In this document: positions 19,882 through 29,220 of the stretch, piece after piece
Layout of the letters: every line of letters begins with the position of its first letter
How positions within the stretch are numbered: the stretch's first letter is position 1
Made by a program: the position numbers and the translations under genes
Source of the DNA: a virus
Virus record (IMG/VR): IMGVR_UViG_3300033405_000004
Coordinates: 1 to 64,000 of that record
DNA length: 64,000 bases
Strand: one strand, 5' to 3'
The notes under the pieces: model-generated
Seen by the model: only the letters and a program-made list of their open reading frames with translations
Databases searched by the model: none
What the model was told of the DNA's origin: nothing

Positions 19882-20502
19882 TTAGGTTGGGGAGACGAAG
19901 GTGCCGCCGGCGGCCCAGCCGTTGCCGCCGGCCAGCGTGGTGATGGTCCCGCCCGACGGCACCACGCCGCCGACGCCGGGGTTGGTCTGGTAGGACTGGA
20001 AGTCGTCGTTGTCCACGACCGGATAGTCGTTGGTGAAGAGCGTGCCGGTGGAGAAGATCGTGCCGCCCCAGTTGTAGCCGCCGGAGAGCGTGGCGTACGT
20101 GCCGACCGCGTCGGCCTGGAAATCGTCGTTCGCGTAGGTGTAGTCGACGCTGGCCAGCGAGCCGTCGGCCAGCCAGTAGCTCCCGCCGTAGACGTCGTAG
20201 AGCGTGCCGGCGATGCTGAGGTCGCCCTGGAAGTCGTCGGTGGCCTGGGCGTAGTCGACGGCGGCGAAGATGCCCGGGCCGCCCCACGGGGTGCTGCCCA
20301 CGATGTTGTCGAAGGCGGGCACGTTGGGCATGTTCCACGGGTAGGTGCCGGCGCCCACGAGCGACATTATTTGCTGGAAATCGTCGCCGACCTCGACCGC
20401 CGAGGTCGTGCCGAAGCCGGACACGACCGGGAGCTGGTTGAAGCCGTAGGCGCCGGGCGTCATGCACCCGGCGGAGGGGTCCGGGGTGATTATTCGGAGC
20501 AT
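19882..20502 (-). CDS. virion protein with DDFQ repeats
   Basis: four ~40-aa repeats DDFQ...W.G.G.F. Confidence 0.7.
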   Translation of the reverse strand: MLRIITPDPSAGCMTPGAYGFNQLPVVSGFGTTSAVEVGDDFQQIMSLVGAGTYPWNMPNVPAFDNIVGSTPWGGPGIFAAVDYAQATDDFQGDLSIAGTLYDVYGGSYWLADGSLASVDYTYANDDFQADAVGTYATLSGGYNWGGTIFSTGTLFTNDYPVVDNDDFQSYQTNPGVGGVVPSGGTITTLAGGNGWAAGGTFVSPT

Positions 20503-20503
20503 G

Positions 20504-20860
20504 TCAGCAGTCGTAGTCGCCGAAGATCAGGCAGGTGACGTGGGCGGCCGTGGTGGTCGAGGCCTGGATCGAGTCGTACTGGGTCATCAGGATGAGGCCC
20601 GGCCCCGGCAGCTCCAGCGAGACCCCCTGGTTCGGCTGGAGGTTGAAGCTGAAAAACTGGTTCTGCGTGCCGGCGGTCGCGACCGTGCCGCCCATCATGG
20701 GCACGGCGTAGGCCTTCACCGTTTCGACGGCGGCCTGGTTCGCGTTGAAGAAGTAGAGGCCGCGGATGTAGGCGCGCGTGCCGGAGCCGTTCACGTAGAC
20801 CGCCCCGGGGCTCGGCGGGACGTACTGGATGTACCCTAGGCTGCTGTGTTGCTGGGCCAT
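20504..20860 (-). CDS. putative tail-associated protein
   Basis: 118 aa beta-rich protein within the fibre operon. Confidence 0.7.
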   Translation of the reverse strand: MAQQHSSLGYIQYVPPSPGAVYVNGSGTRAYIRGLYFFNANQAAVETVKAYAVPMMGGTVATAGTQNQFFSFNLQPNQGVSLELPGPGLILMTQYDSIQASTTTAAHVTCLIFGDYDC

Positions 20861-20863
20861 GTT

Positions 20864-23299
20864 TTAAGTAATCAGCCAGACGGAGACCCAATCGAGGACC
20901 GCCCCGCTGCCTTGCGCCCCCTGCGCCCCCTGCGGGCCCGTGGCGCCCGCGCCGCCCTGGTAGCCCTGCGGGCCGGTGGCGCCCTGCGGGCCGGTGCCCC
21001 CGAGGAACCCGGACGCGCCCTGCGGGCCGGTGTCGCCCTGGAAGCCCTGGGCGCCGGTCGCGCCCTGGGGCCCCCCGTAGGAGCCTTGCGGCCCGGTGTC
21101 GCCTTGCGGCCCCTGCGCCCCCGTGCCCGACGCCCCCTGCGTGCCGGTGCCGCCCTGGTAGCCCTGGTAGCCCTGGACGCCGGTGCTCCCCTGGTAGCCC
21201 TGCGGGCCCGTGCTGCCCTGGAATCCCTGGGCGCCCGTGCTGCCCTGGACGCCCTGGCTCCCCGTCGAGCCAACGACGCCCTGGTACCCTTGCGTGCCGG
21301 TCGCGCCCTGGACGCCCGTGCCCCCCTGGAGGCCCTGGTAGCCTTGGGCGCCCGTGCTGCCCTGGAGGCCCTGGTACCCCTGGGTTCCGGTCGCCCCTTG
21401 GAGGCCCTGGTAGCCTTGGGCCCCCGTTCCGCCCTGCGGGCCGGTGCTGCCCTGGAGGCCCTGGTAGCCCTGCGCCCCCGTGGCTCCCTGCGGCCCCCCG
21501 AACGCGCCCTGTGGCCCTGTGTCGCCTTGCAGGCCCTGGTACCCCTGGGTTCCGGTGCCGCCCTGGTACCCTTGCGCCCCGGTGCTCCCCTGGTAGCCCT
21601 GGTACCCCTGCGCCCCGGTGCCTGGGACGCCCTGGTAGCCCTGGACGCCGGTGCTCCCCTGATAGCCCTGGTAGCCTTGCGTGCCCGTGCTGCCCTGGTA
21701 GCCTTGGTTCCCGGTCTTGCCCTGGTAGCCCTGGTTCCCTTGGGAGCCGGTGCTGCCCTGCAGGCCTTGGTACCCCTGCGCCCCGGTGCTCCCCTGGAGG
21801 CCCTGGTACCCCTGGGTTCCGGTCGAGCCTTGCAGGCCTTGAAAGCCTTGGTTGCCCTGCGGGCCGGTGCTCCCCTGGAGGCCCTGGTAGCCCTGGGGCC
21901 CCGTGTCGCCCTGCGGCCCCCCGAACGCGCCCTGCGGGCCCGTGCTGCCCTGGTAGCCCTGGGTGCCGGTGCCGCCTTGGGTTCCGGTGCTGCCCTGGTA
22001 CCCCTGGGCGCCCGTGCTGCCCTGGAGGCCCTGGTAGCCCTGGGCCCCGGTGCCTGGGGTGCCCTGGGCGCCCGTGCTCCCTTGGTAGCCCTGGTACCCC
22101 TGCGGGCCGGTCGCGCCTTGCGGCCCCCCGAACGCCCCCTGCGGGCCGGTCGCGCCCTGGGCCCCCTGCGTCCCAACCCCCGTGGAGCCCTGGGCGCCCG
22201 TCTTCCCTTGGGTGCCCGTGGAACCCTGGTAGCCCTGGAACCCTTGCGGCCCGGTGCTGCCCTGGTAGCCCTGGTAGCCCTGGTTCCCCTGGTTGCCCTG
22301 GTTGCCCTGGTTGCCCTGGGGGCCGGGGCTGCCTTGGAAGCCGCGGGGGCCTTGGGTGCCGGGCGGCCCCTGCGGGCCGGTGATGCCCTGCGGGCCGCCG
22401 AACGCGCCCTGGTAGCCTTGCGGGCCCTGCGGGCCCGTGCCCCCGAGGAAGCCGGAGGTTCCTTGCGCCCCCTGCGCCCCTTGCGCCCCCTGCGGCCCTT
22501 GATTGCCGGCGCCGAAGCCCCCGCCGCCGGGGGTGCCGGTCGTCACGACGCCCATCTGCTGGATGGCCGCGGTGCGCTGGGCCGGCGTCGCCTTGGTGGC
22601 GGGCGCCGTCGTGCCCGCCGAGGAAACGGTCGTAGCGGCCGTTGCTGTGGCTGGCCCGGCCGCCAGCTCCTTGACCTGCGCGATGAGGGCCTTGATCTGC
22701 GCAGCTTTCTGCTTCTGCGAGGCGCTCAAGGCGGTGATCGAGGACGCCCCGCCGGTCTGGATGGCTTGCGCGACTCCGGCGATCAGGTCGGGCGAGACCG
22801 AAGGGATGACGGACGGGGCCGACGGGTCGCCCACGCCGCCGATCGCGCAGACGGCCGTGACGCAGTCGAGCGCCGAGAGCGGCGGGATGGCCGCGTTGGC
22901 CAGCCCCGTGGCCGCCTGGTTGACCAGCCCGTTCAGCTCGCTGTCGAGGCCCATCAGCTTCTCGTAGGGGTGCTCCAGCAGCGAGTCCGCCAGGTTGGCG
23001 TAGGCGTCCCGCACCATCTGGCGCAGCAGGTTCACCCCGACGTTGAAGGGGTCGAGCGGCGGCAGCAGCCCCGGGCAGGCGTCCGCGATCTGGTTGTAGA
23101 GGGTCGGGTCGACGAGGTTGTACGGGATGAGCGTCGACGGGTCGGGCAGCGTGATCGAGTCGCCCGCCAGCTCCAGCAGGCTCGCCAGCCTGCGCAGCGC
23201 GTACAGCCTCCCGGTCAGCTTGGACAGCGTCGAGATCGCCAGGATCTTGAGGCTGTCCAGCGTGGTGCAAAGCTGCCCGGCGTTCAGAGGTAGGGCCAC
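20864..23299 (-). CDS. collagen-like fibre protein
   Basis: ~250-aa N-terminal domain, then a long Gly-X-Y tract ([12 protein letters not shown]). Confidence 0.9.
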   Translation of the reverse strand: MALPLNAGQLCTTLDSLKILAISTLSKLTGRLYALRRLASLLELAGDSITLPDPSTLIPYNLVDPTLYNQIADACPGLLPPLDPFNVGVNLLRQMVRDAYANLADSLLEHPYEKLMGLDSELNGLVNQAATGLANAAIPPLSALDCVTAVCAIGGVGDPSAPSVIPSVSPDLIAGVAQAIQTGGASSITALSASQKQKAAQIKALIAQVKELAAGPATATAATTVSSAGTTAPATKATPAQRTAAIQQMGVVTTGTPGGGGFGAGNQGPQGAQGAQGAQGTSGFLGGTGPQGPQGYQGAFGGPQGITGPQGPPGTQGPRGFQGSPGPQGNQGNQGNQGNQGYQGYQGSTGPQGFQGYQGSTGTQGKTGAQGSTGVGTQGAQGATGPQGAFGGPQGATGPQGYQGYQGSTGAQGTPGTGAQGYQGLQGSTGAQGYQGSTGTQGGTGTQGYQGSTGPQGAFGGPQGDTGPQGYQGLQGSTGPQGNQGFQGLQGSTGTQGYQGLQGSTGAQGYQGLQGSTGSQGNQGYQGKTGNQGYQGSTGTQGYQGYQGSTGVQGYQGVPGTGAQGYQGYQGSTGAQGYQGGTGTQGYQGLQGDTGPQGAFGGPQGATGAQGYQGLQGSTGPQGGTGAQGYQGLQGATGTQGYQGLQGSTGAQGYQGLQGGTGVQGATGTQGYQGVVGSTGSQGVQGSTGAQGFQGSTGPQGYQGSTGVQGYQGYQGGTGTQGASGTGAQGPQGDTGPQGSYGGPQGATGAQGFQGDTGPQGASGFLGGTGPQGATGPQGYQGGAGATGPQGAQGAQGSGAVLDWVSVWLIT
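20905..22505 (-). repeat. 9-bp degenerate tandem repeat encoding Gly-X-Y
   Basis: recurring ccctggtag / ccctgcggg units. Confidence 0.9.
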
Positions 23300-23360
23300 G
23301 AACTAATTAGCCCCGACGATTTGCTGGCGGCTGGCCGGTACTTATGCTGTTCTCAATCGT

Positions 23361-23558
23361 ATGCCCACAAAGGAAACATCGAAGCAGCCGGGGGAGCAGT
23401 TCGTCGTGACGGAGGGCGGCGTGCGCCGCGACGGCGCGACGTTCCCCGACGAGCAGGCGGCCCAGGCCGAGGTTGAGAAGCGCAAGCAGAAGCTTCAGGA
23501 GGCCGGCGGCGCGGCCCCAGCGCCCAAGGTCGAGGTCAAGCGGCAGATCTTCGGGTGA
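23361..23558 (+). CDS. small hypothetical protein
   Basis: GTTCT-N7-ATG upstream; good codon bias. Confidence 0.75.
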   Translation: MPTKETSKQPGEQFVVTEGGVRRDGATFPDEQAAQAEVEKRKQKLQEAGGAAPAPKVEVKRQIFG

Positions 23559-23567
23559 CGGCCCCGC

Positions 23568-24248
23568 ATGCCCCGCCGCCTCCACAGGCCGGTGCCGGCT
23601 AGGCTGGTCCCGCTGCCCGCCCTGCCCATCGACAAGCTCCTCGGCGGCGCCGCCGACGAGCTGGCGGACACGCTCGCCCGCGTCCTGGCGACCGAGCAGG
23701 AGGAGTCCGCCGCCCTGGTGAAGTTCGGCGTGGCCGTCCCCGCCACCCTCGTCCCGCCCATCCCGCCCGCCGCCGACGTGGCGCTCACCGCCCTGCGCGA
23801 GCTGATCCTCAACACCCAGGACGGCAAGCCGGTCGCCCACCTCTACCCGACCATCTCCCGCCTCATCTCCCACCAGGACCAGCGCGCCGAGGTCGTCAAG
23901 CAGATCATCCTCGCCCACACGTTCATCCGGGCCGTGGTGGTGGCGCAGGCCCGGTCCCACCTGGAGCACGGCCTCATCGTCCAGGCCTACCGCAGCGAGC
24001 TCAGCCCCACGGAGCGGCTCGCCCTGCTGGAGCTCCTGCTCAAGGTGGAGGACAAGATCCAGGCCAGGATCGACTCGGGCGCCGTCAACATCAGCGACCT
24101 GCTGGGCCAGATCCAGAAGATCAGCGCCCTGGCCATCGACGAGGACGCCCTCAAGGCCAAGTTCGCCAAGACCACCCCGCAGGGCCGCGAGGTCGTGCGC
24201 AAGCTGGCCATCCGCCTGGGGAAGGCCGTCCGCGAGGTCGGCCGGTAG
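23568..24248 (+). CDS. alpha-helical hypothetical protein
   Basis: 226 aa, strong codon bias. Confidence 0.75.
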   Translation: MPRRLHRPVPARLVPLPALPIDKLLGGAADELADTLARVLATEQEESAALVKFGVAVPATLVPPIPPAADVALTALRELILNTQDGKPVAHLYPTISRLISHQDQRAEVVKQIILAHTFIRAVVVAQARSHLEHGLIVQAYRSELSPTERLALLELLLKVEDKIQARIDSGAVNISDLLGQIQKISALAIDEDALKAKFAKTTPQGREVVRKLAIRLGKAVREVGR

Positions 24249-24255
24249 TTACGGC

Positions 24256-24645
24256 ATGAGATCCGTGATCCAGCGGCTTTGCGAGGCCGAGGGGGAGTTC
24301 CGCGTCGCCGACCTGATGAAGGGCGACCTCTGCCACGCCAGCGTGGACACCCGGCACTTTTCCTTCGACGCCTATGGCCGCACCGAGCAGGAGGCGCTGG
24401 CGGCCCTGAAGAACGGGCTTCTGAGGCACGTGCAGATGCAGGGCGGCGAAGTGGGCACGGCGTGGGTGGACGAGCTGATGGACCCCGCGAACGGGGACGT
24501 CCACGTCACGCACGCCAAGTTCGGCTCGGCCTACCGCGACAGGGAGTTCCTCTCCTACGACGAGAGGATGCGCCGGCCGGGGCGTCGCCCGTCCGAGCGC
24601 GCCCAGGAGTTGGCGCCCGACCACCACGACGCGCCGGAGAACTAG
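24256..24645 (+). CDS. hypothetical protein (candidate head-packaged)
   Basis: TAGTTA-N4-ATG; MRSVIQRLCEAE leader. Confidence 0.7.
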   Translation: MRSVIQRLCEAEGEFRVADLMKGDLCHASVDTRHFSFDAYGRTEQEALAALKNGLLRHVQMQGGEVGTAWVDELMDPANGDVHVTHAKFGSAYRDREFLSYDERMRRPGRRPSERAQELAPDHHDAPEN

Positions 24646-25163
24646 ACGACGGCCGGGATGGGCCTCGTCATGCTCAGCGCCAGCGTCCACGGGAAGAAGC
24701 GCCTGTGCATCAGCTGGTGGGGCACGCCCGCGATCACCGGCCGCATCGGGACCATGATGTCCTCGCCCTGGGCGTCGTGCACGACCACGTAGTCCGCCAC
24801 GGGCAGGAACAGCCGCACGTTCTCGGCCCGCGGCGGGCCGGGGCTGTCGTCGACGAACACCACGCTCCATGGCTGCCGGGCGTGCTGGGCCAGGTTCTCC
24901 GGGCTGTCCGCCTCGACCCTGTGGCCGTCCACCGCCCACTCCTGGAACACGGCCAGCCAGTGGGGGTTCTCCTCCAGGCTCACCAGCGGTCGCCAGGGGC
25001 AGCAGGCCGAGTGCAGGCACGGGGTGGAGATGTGGCCGCAGCCGATCTCCAGGACCGGGCCGGTCGTCGCGCGCAGGCAGGCCAGCAGCACCGGGAGGTG
25101 CGAGCCGGCCCCGAAGTCGATCAGGGTCCCGTCGCCGAGCTTGGCGGCCATCTGCGGGTCCAT
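24642..25163 (-). CDS. class I SAM-dependent methyltransferase
   Basis: VLEIGCG, LVSLEE, VVFVDD, VVVHDA motifs. Confidence 0.75.
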   Translation of the reverse strand: MDPQMAAKLGDGTLIDFGAGSHLPVLLACLRATTGPVLEIGCGHISTPCLHSACCPWRPLVSLEENPHWLAVFQEWAVDGHRVEADSPENLAQHARQPWSVVFVDDSPGPPRAENVRLFLPVADYVVVHDAQGEDIMVPMRPVIAGVPHQLMHRRFFPWTLALSMTRPIPAVV

Positions 25164-25166
25164 GGA

Positions 25167-25418
25167 CTAAATAGGCTTGTCGATGTAGGCGACCACGTCG
25201 CCCACCGTCCGCAGCTTCGCGGCGTCGGCCTCGCCGATCGGCGCCTTGAGCTCGGCCTTGAACTCCTCCTCGAAGGCGAACACCAGCTCGATGAGGTCGA
25301 GCGAGTCGGCCCCCAGGTCCTCGACGAAGGACGCGTCCGGGGTGGCCTGCTCCTCCATCACGTTCAGCTGGTTGACGACTATCTCCCTGACGCGCTGCTC
25401 TGTGGTTTTGTCGGGCAT
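25167..25418 (-). CDS. acpP: acyl carrier protein
   Basis: SFVEDLGADSLD phosphopantetheine site, FEEEF, LRTVGDVV.YI. Confidence 0.93.
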   Translation of the reverse strand: MPDKTTEQRVREIVVNQLNVMEEQATPDASFVEDLGADSLDLIELVFAFEEEFKAELKAPIGEADAAKLRTVGDVVAYIDKPI

Positions 25419-25639
25419 GTGGGTTGGGGTTGTGCTAGGTACAGCCGCTCGCGGATCAGCGTGAGCGTGTGGATGGCGGCATCGAGGTGCGCCCGCTCGT
25501 AGTCCCAGGGCTCGTCGCGGGCGGGGCCCGGCACGCCCGGGTGGCCCTCCGCGTGCCCCTCGACCCCGCTCGCGAACCAGAGGTCCGTGGCGGCGTCGTA
25601 GGCCTTCTTGGCCTTCGATCCGAAGTTGGGGCGCTTCAT
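25379..25639 (-). CDS. hypothetical protein
   Basis: ATG 25639 coupled to upstream stop. Confidence 0.5.
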   Translation of the reverse strand: MKRPNFGSKAKKAYDAATDLWFASGVEGHAEGHPGVPGPARDEPWDYERAHLDAAIHTLTLIRERLYLAQPQPTCPTKPQSSASGR

Positions 25640-25851
25640 CGGGCCGGCGGCCTCCGCAGGTTGGCGAGCACCTTGGCGAAGAGGGTGGTGGTGTCCTGGT
25701 TGCGGTGGTGCATGTTGTAGAGCTTTACGCGGTTCTTGGCGGGCACCTGGAACCAGCACTTGCGGCAGACGAACAGCACGTGGTCGTCCTTTACGTCGGC
25801 CCCGCACGCCGGGCATTTCTCGATGAAGGGGTTGGGTCCGTGCTGGCTCAT
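25636..25851 (-). CDS. small Zn-finger protein
   Basis: CPACG...CRKCW. Confidence 0.65.
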   Translation of the reverse strand: MSQHGPNPFIEKCPACGADVKDDHVLFVCRKCWFQVPAKNRVKLYNMHHRNQDTTTLFAKVLANLRRPPAR

Positions 25852-26168
25852 TTGCGGAGCTGGAACCAGGCCACGTAGGCCAGCCAGAGGAGCAGGGTGG
25901 TCCAGTAGATCCTCCAAACCGTCAGCGCGATTTCGTTCGGGATGGCGATGCCCGTGCCGTACAGCAGCAGCGGCCAGCCGAACCCGGGGACGGCGAACGT
26001 CACCCACAGGCGCCATGTGCGGAAGGCGTTCATCGGTCCAGCTGGAAGACGCGTCGTCCTGAAGGGGCTTTGGCGGCTGGCTTTTCGCGCCGCCGGGAAC
26101 GACGGCCAGTCACCCCTGGGGATCACGGCGGTCTTGCGGTAGAACGTCCTGACGCTTGATTTGTTCAT
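25848..26168 (-). CDS. membrane protein
   Basis: two C-terminal TM helices. Confidence 0.55.
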   Translation of the reverse strand: MNKSSVRTFYRKTAVIPRGDWPSFPAARKASRQSPFRTTRLPAGPMNAFRTWRLWVTFAVPGFGWPLLLYGTGIAIPNEIALTVWRIYWTTLLLWLAYVAWFQLRK

Positions 26169-26650
26169 GGCTGGTTTTGGGCGGGCTCCTGGGCGTCGGG
26201 CAGCTCCAGCGCCCGCACCGCCTCGACGCGCGCCACCATCTCGGCGTGCATCGCCTCGGCCTGCTCGACCCCGCCCGCGCACTGGAGGTGCATCGTGCTG
26301 ACGCAGCACTCTATCTCGATCTCGTTCGGGAGGTGCTTGACGGCCTCGCGCAGCATCGCGATGAGCTCCGTCACCTCCGGGGCCTCGTCCTCCGGCGGGT
26401 TGAGGTATTTTATGCCCTTGGCCAGCTTGAGCTTCTCCGTCCCGTGGAACACCGAGGTCTCCCAGAGGACCGGCGGCCCCTCGCCGTCGCTGTGGTTCAG
26501 GCTGAGGAAGATCGTGGACACCCGCCAGTCGCCGCACATGGTCTCGGCCACCAGGCGCTGCGCCGCCGACGTCTCGAACCAGTCCATCCACGTCTTGGGG
26601 TCGACGGGCACGGGGCGGCGCTGGTCGTCGAGGATGTAGTGGATGTGCAT
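26165..26650 (-). CDS. conserved phage hypothetical protein
   Basis: VSTIFLSLNH..PPVLWETSVF..AEAMHAEMV pattern. Confidence 0.75.
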   Translation of the reverse strand: MHIHYILDDQRRPVPVDPKTWMDWFETSAAQRLVAETMCGDWRVSTIFLSLNHSDGEGPPVLWETSVFHGTEKLKLAKGIKYLNPPEDEAPEVTELIAMLREAVKHLPNEIEIECCVSTMHLQCAGGVEQAEAMHAEMVARVEAVRALELPDAQEPAQNQP

Positions 26651-27090
26651 CAGACGCGGCGCCTCAGCGCGGCGCGGGCGATCTTGCGCAGCGCCGGGAT
26701 GGTGCCGGGCGTGTCGTCCTTGCAGGCGGCGATTTCCTTCAAAGCTTTCTCCATCCGGTTCCGCGCCGGGATCAGCGCCACGCTGACCTCCAGGCCCCGC
26801 GCGTGGCACGCGGCCGCCAGGTCCTCGAAGCGGGTGCTCCCGTGGAACACGACGGGGATGGTGTGGTCAGCCTCTTCCTTTCTCGCCGGGTTGACGGCGG
26901 TGCGGTGCTTCCATTTGAGCTTCACTCGACAATGCTTCGCATTGCTGATCAGTTCTTTTTCGCTATGGACGCAGGCCATGAGATGGCCGAATCGGTTTCG
27001 GGTCGTCCATGAGTCTTTGAACGCAGGAACCGGGTCTTCGCCGGGGCGGTAGGCTGTCCATGTGTCGCCCTTGAAGATAGACTTTGCCAT
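26650..27090 (-). CDS. hypothetical protein (gene A, copy 1)
   Basis: C-terminal half homologous to the region within 30585-30955. Confidence 0.65.
   Translation of the reverse strand: MAKSIFKGDTWTAYRPGEDPVPAFKDSWTTRNRFGHLMACVHSEKELISNAKHCRVKLKWKHRTAVNPARKEEADHTIPVVFHGSTRFEDLAAACHARGLEVSVALIPARNRMEKALKEIAACKDDTPGTIPALRKIARAALRRRV
26687..26758 (+). repeat. direct repeat, copy 1 (copy 2 at 30591-30662)
   Basis: 71/72 nt identical by eye; weaker similarity extends ~100 nt further. Confidence 0.9.
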
Positions 27091-27159
27091 GCTGGGACGT
27101 TGTAGACAACGCTGACGGAGGTTCAAGCTTTTTATCATAAACTTTTTTTGTAAACAAGT

Positions 27160-27189
27160 TTGACATGGCGCCGTCGGCCAACCTAGCTT
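27160..27189 (+). promoter_or_regulatory. sigma70-like promoter of the Cas7-like gene
   Basis: TTGACA-18 nt-TAGCTT, preceded by TCATAAACTTTTTTT element. Confidence 0.6.
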
Positions 27190-27198
27190 CGCCTCGCC

Positions 27199-27882
27199 AT
27201 GAAGTTCAAAACTATCAAATTGAAGATTACGCTCATCGAACAGATGCTGGGCACCAAAGCGGCGAACAAGGACGTGTTCGCGGACTACATCGCCTCCAAG
27301 GCGCCTGACGACGACCTGCGAAAGCAGGAGCTTGACACCGCCGAGCACCGCGAGGAGGCGGGCACCACCGTGTTCCACCGCGACGCAGACGGCGCGCTCA
27401 TCATGTGGAACTACCAGTTCAAGGGCTTCCTCAAGGAGTCCGCCAACGTCATCCGGCAGACCATGTCCGGCGACGGCGAGGAGCCACCCGAGGCTGCGGC
27501 GGGGGCGGCGGCGGTGAAGAAGCCCCGCAAGCGCGGAACCGTCTGGGGCAACGCGAAGGCGAAGATCGACAATTTCCTGTTCGTGTCGCCCCGGCAGATC
27601 AAGCTCTTCGCGCCCGGCCGCGTCGTCGCGGCCAAAACCAGGCCGGACGGCGTCTGCGAACGCCCGCTCCGGGCCGAGACCCAGCAGGGCCCGCGGGTGA
27701 CCGTGGCGCGCTCCGAAGTCGTCGACCCCGGCACCTACTTCATCTGCGAGGTCAGCCTGGTCGAAGGCGGGCCGGTCACCGAGGAGATGGTCCTCCAGTG
27801 CCTCGACTACGGCGCCCTCAAGGGCCTCGGCCAGTGGCGCAACAGCGGCAAGGGCGCGTTCAGCTACCAGATCCTGGACTGA
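27199..27882 (+). CDS. stand-alone Cas7/RAMP-like RNA-binding protein
   Basis: beta1 IKLKITLIEQMLG; YQFKGFLKES helix; thumb ERPLRAETQQGPRVTVARSEVV; C-terminal Gly-rich loop LDYGALKGLGQWRNSGKGAF. Confidence 0.75.
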   Translation: MKFKTIKLKITLIEQMLGTKAANKDVFADYIASKAPDDDLRKQELDTAEHREEAGTTVFHRDADGALIMWNYQFKGFLKESANVIRQTMSGDGEEPPEAAAGAAAVKKPRKRGTVWGNAKAKIDNFLFVSPRQIKLFAPGRVVAAKTRPDGVCERPLRAETQQGPRVTVARSEVVDPGTYFICEVSLVEGGPVTEEMVLQCLDYGALKGLGQWRNSGKGAFSYQILD

Positions 27883-29220
27883 GCGGCGGCATGGTTAAGC
27901 ACTGCAAAGCAGAGTGTTGCATGGGCGATGTAGAGCACAGCAGAGTCTGCCACGCTGAGCAAAGGCGAAGTCGAGCACTGCATTGCAACGTGGAGCGGCG
28001 TGAAGGCGTTGTTCCGCAAAGTAGGGCGCAGGCGAGGCGTTTGCCTAGTGCTGCAGGGCATCGCGATGCGACGCATCGGTGTTGCGTAAGGCACGTCTAC
28101 GCCCGGTACCGCAGAGGCACAGCGCTGTTAAGCATCGTCGTGTGGAGCAAAGGCAAAGCAGAGCGAAGCGCTACGCGGCGCTGGCGCAGTGAAGCGGAGC
28201 GAGGCTGTAAGCAACGCTGGGGCTGGGTATCGCATCGCACCACGACGCTCCGCTCAGCTAAGGCCGTGCATAGTTACGCACCGCAGGGCTTCGCGATGGC
28301 CGAAGCAATGTTCAGCACCGCTCAGGCTGGGCACCGCAGCGTGGAGCTCGGCAGCGCGACGCGAAGGCACTGCAAAGTGTGGCCCAGTAGGGCACTGGCT
28401 AAGCGCATCACCGTAGAGCATAGTGGAGCGTTGTACGGGCGCTGCGGCGCCGCGCGAAGCGCCGTCTCGCTTCGCAAAGGCCCTGCGCCGTCCCGCACCG
28501 CGAAGCATCGCAAAGCATGGTGTTGGCGCAGCTGTGTGCGGAGATGCTCGGCGGGGTACAGCCCAGGCATCGTGTGGTCATGCGAAACGTCGCACTGTGC
28601 TAGCCAAGTAGGGCGCAGTGAAGCTCAGGCATCGTGGGGCAACGCCGGGCATCGCCAGGCATCGCGACGGCTAAGCAGCGCACAGGGCCGCTCCGCAAGG
28701 GGCATGGCTGCGCTCCGTCTAGTAATGCGTCGCATCGGCAGAGCCTCGTTAGGTGAGGCCAAGCTAGGCGCGGGCTTAGCTATGCGCAGTAGCGTGTGGC
28801 TTGGCTCGGCTCGGCAAGGGCGTAGCACTGCACCTCGTGGCAGCGCACGGCGAAGCGAAGGTGAAGCCGAGCACGGCGAAGCACAGCCTGGCATGGCAAG
28901 GCGCAGCGCTGTCGTGCGTAGGCCCCGCACTCGAAGCGAGGCTCCGGCAGCGAGTTGCTATGCACGGCAGGGCTAGAGTAACGCTGCGCGGAGCGAGGCG
29001 AAGGCTCGGCCGAGCACTGCGCAGCACAGCGATGCACGGGCCCTACCCGGCGGCCCCCGGCGGAGTGAGCGACGCGAAGGCAACGCGGGGCATAGCAATG
29101 CCACGGCAGGGCAGCGCGGAGACTGTTCAGCGAAGGCAAAGCACAGTGGAGCGCGGTGGTGCCAAGGCCGTTGTGTGGCTTCGTTTCGCGACGTGAAGTG
29201 GTGCGAAGCGTGGGCGCTGT
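27883..29220 (+). ncRNA. putative guide-RNA array with 5-nt GY-NNN periodicity
   Basis: e.g. GC ATG GT TAA GC ACT GC AAA GC AGA GT GTT GC ATG G; pattern persists ~1.34 kb; no codon bias; RNA function inferred. Confidence 0.75.

Noticed and set aside
27405-28976. 523-aa ORF (361 codons from ATG 27891) running through the array
   Set aside because: Arg/Ser/Ala/Cys-rich junk composition, no GC3 bias, and 5-nt rather than 3-nt periodicity. The long open frame is notable but is best explained by stop-poor repeats.
27883-29220. Canonical CRISPR array
   Set aside because: No identical 23-47-nt direct repeats and no adaptation or processing cas genes in the window.
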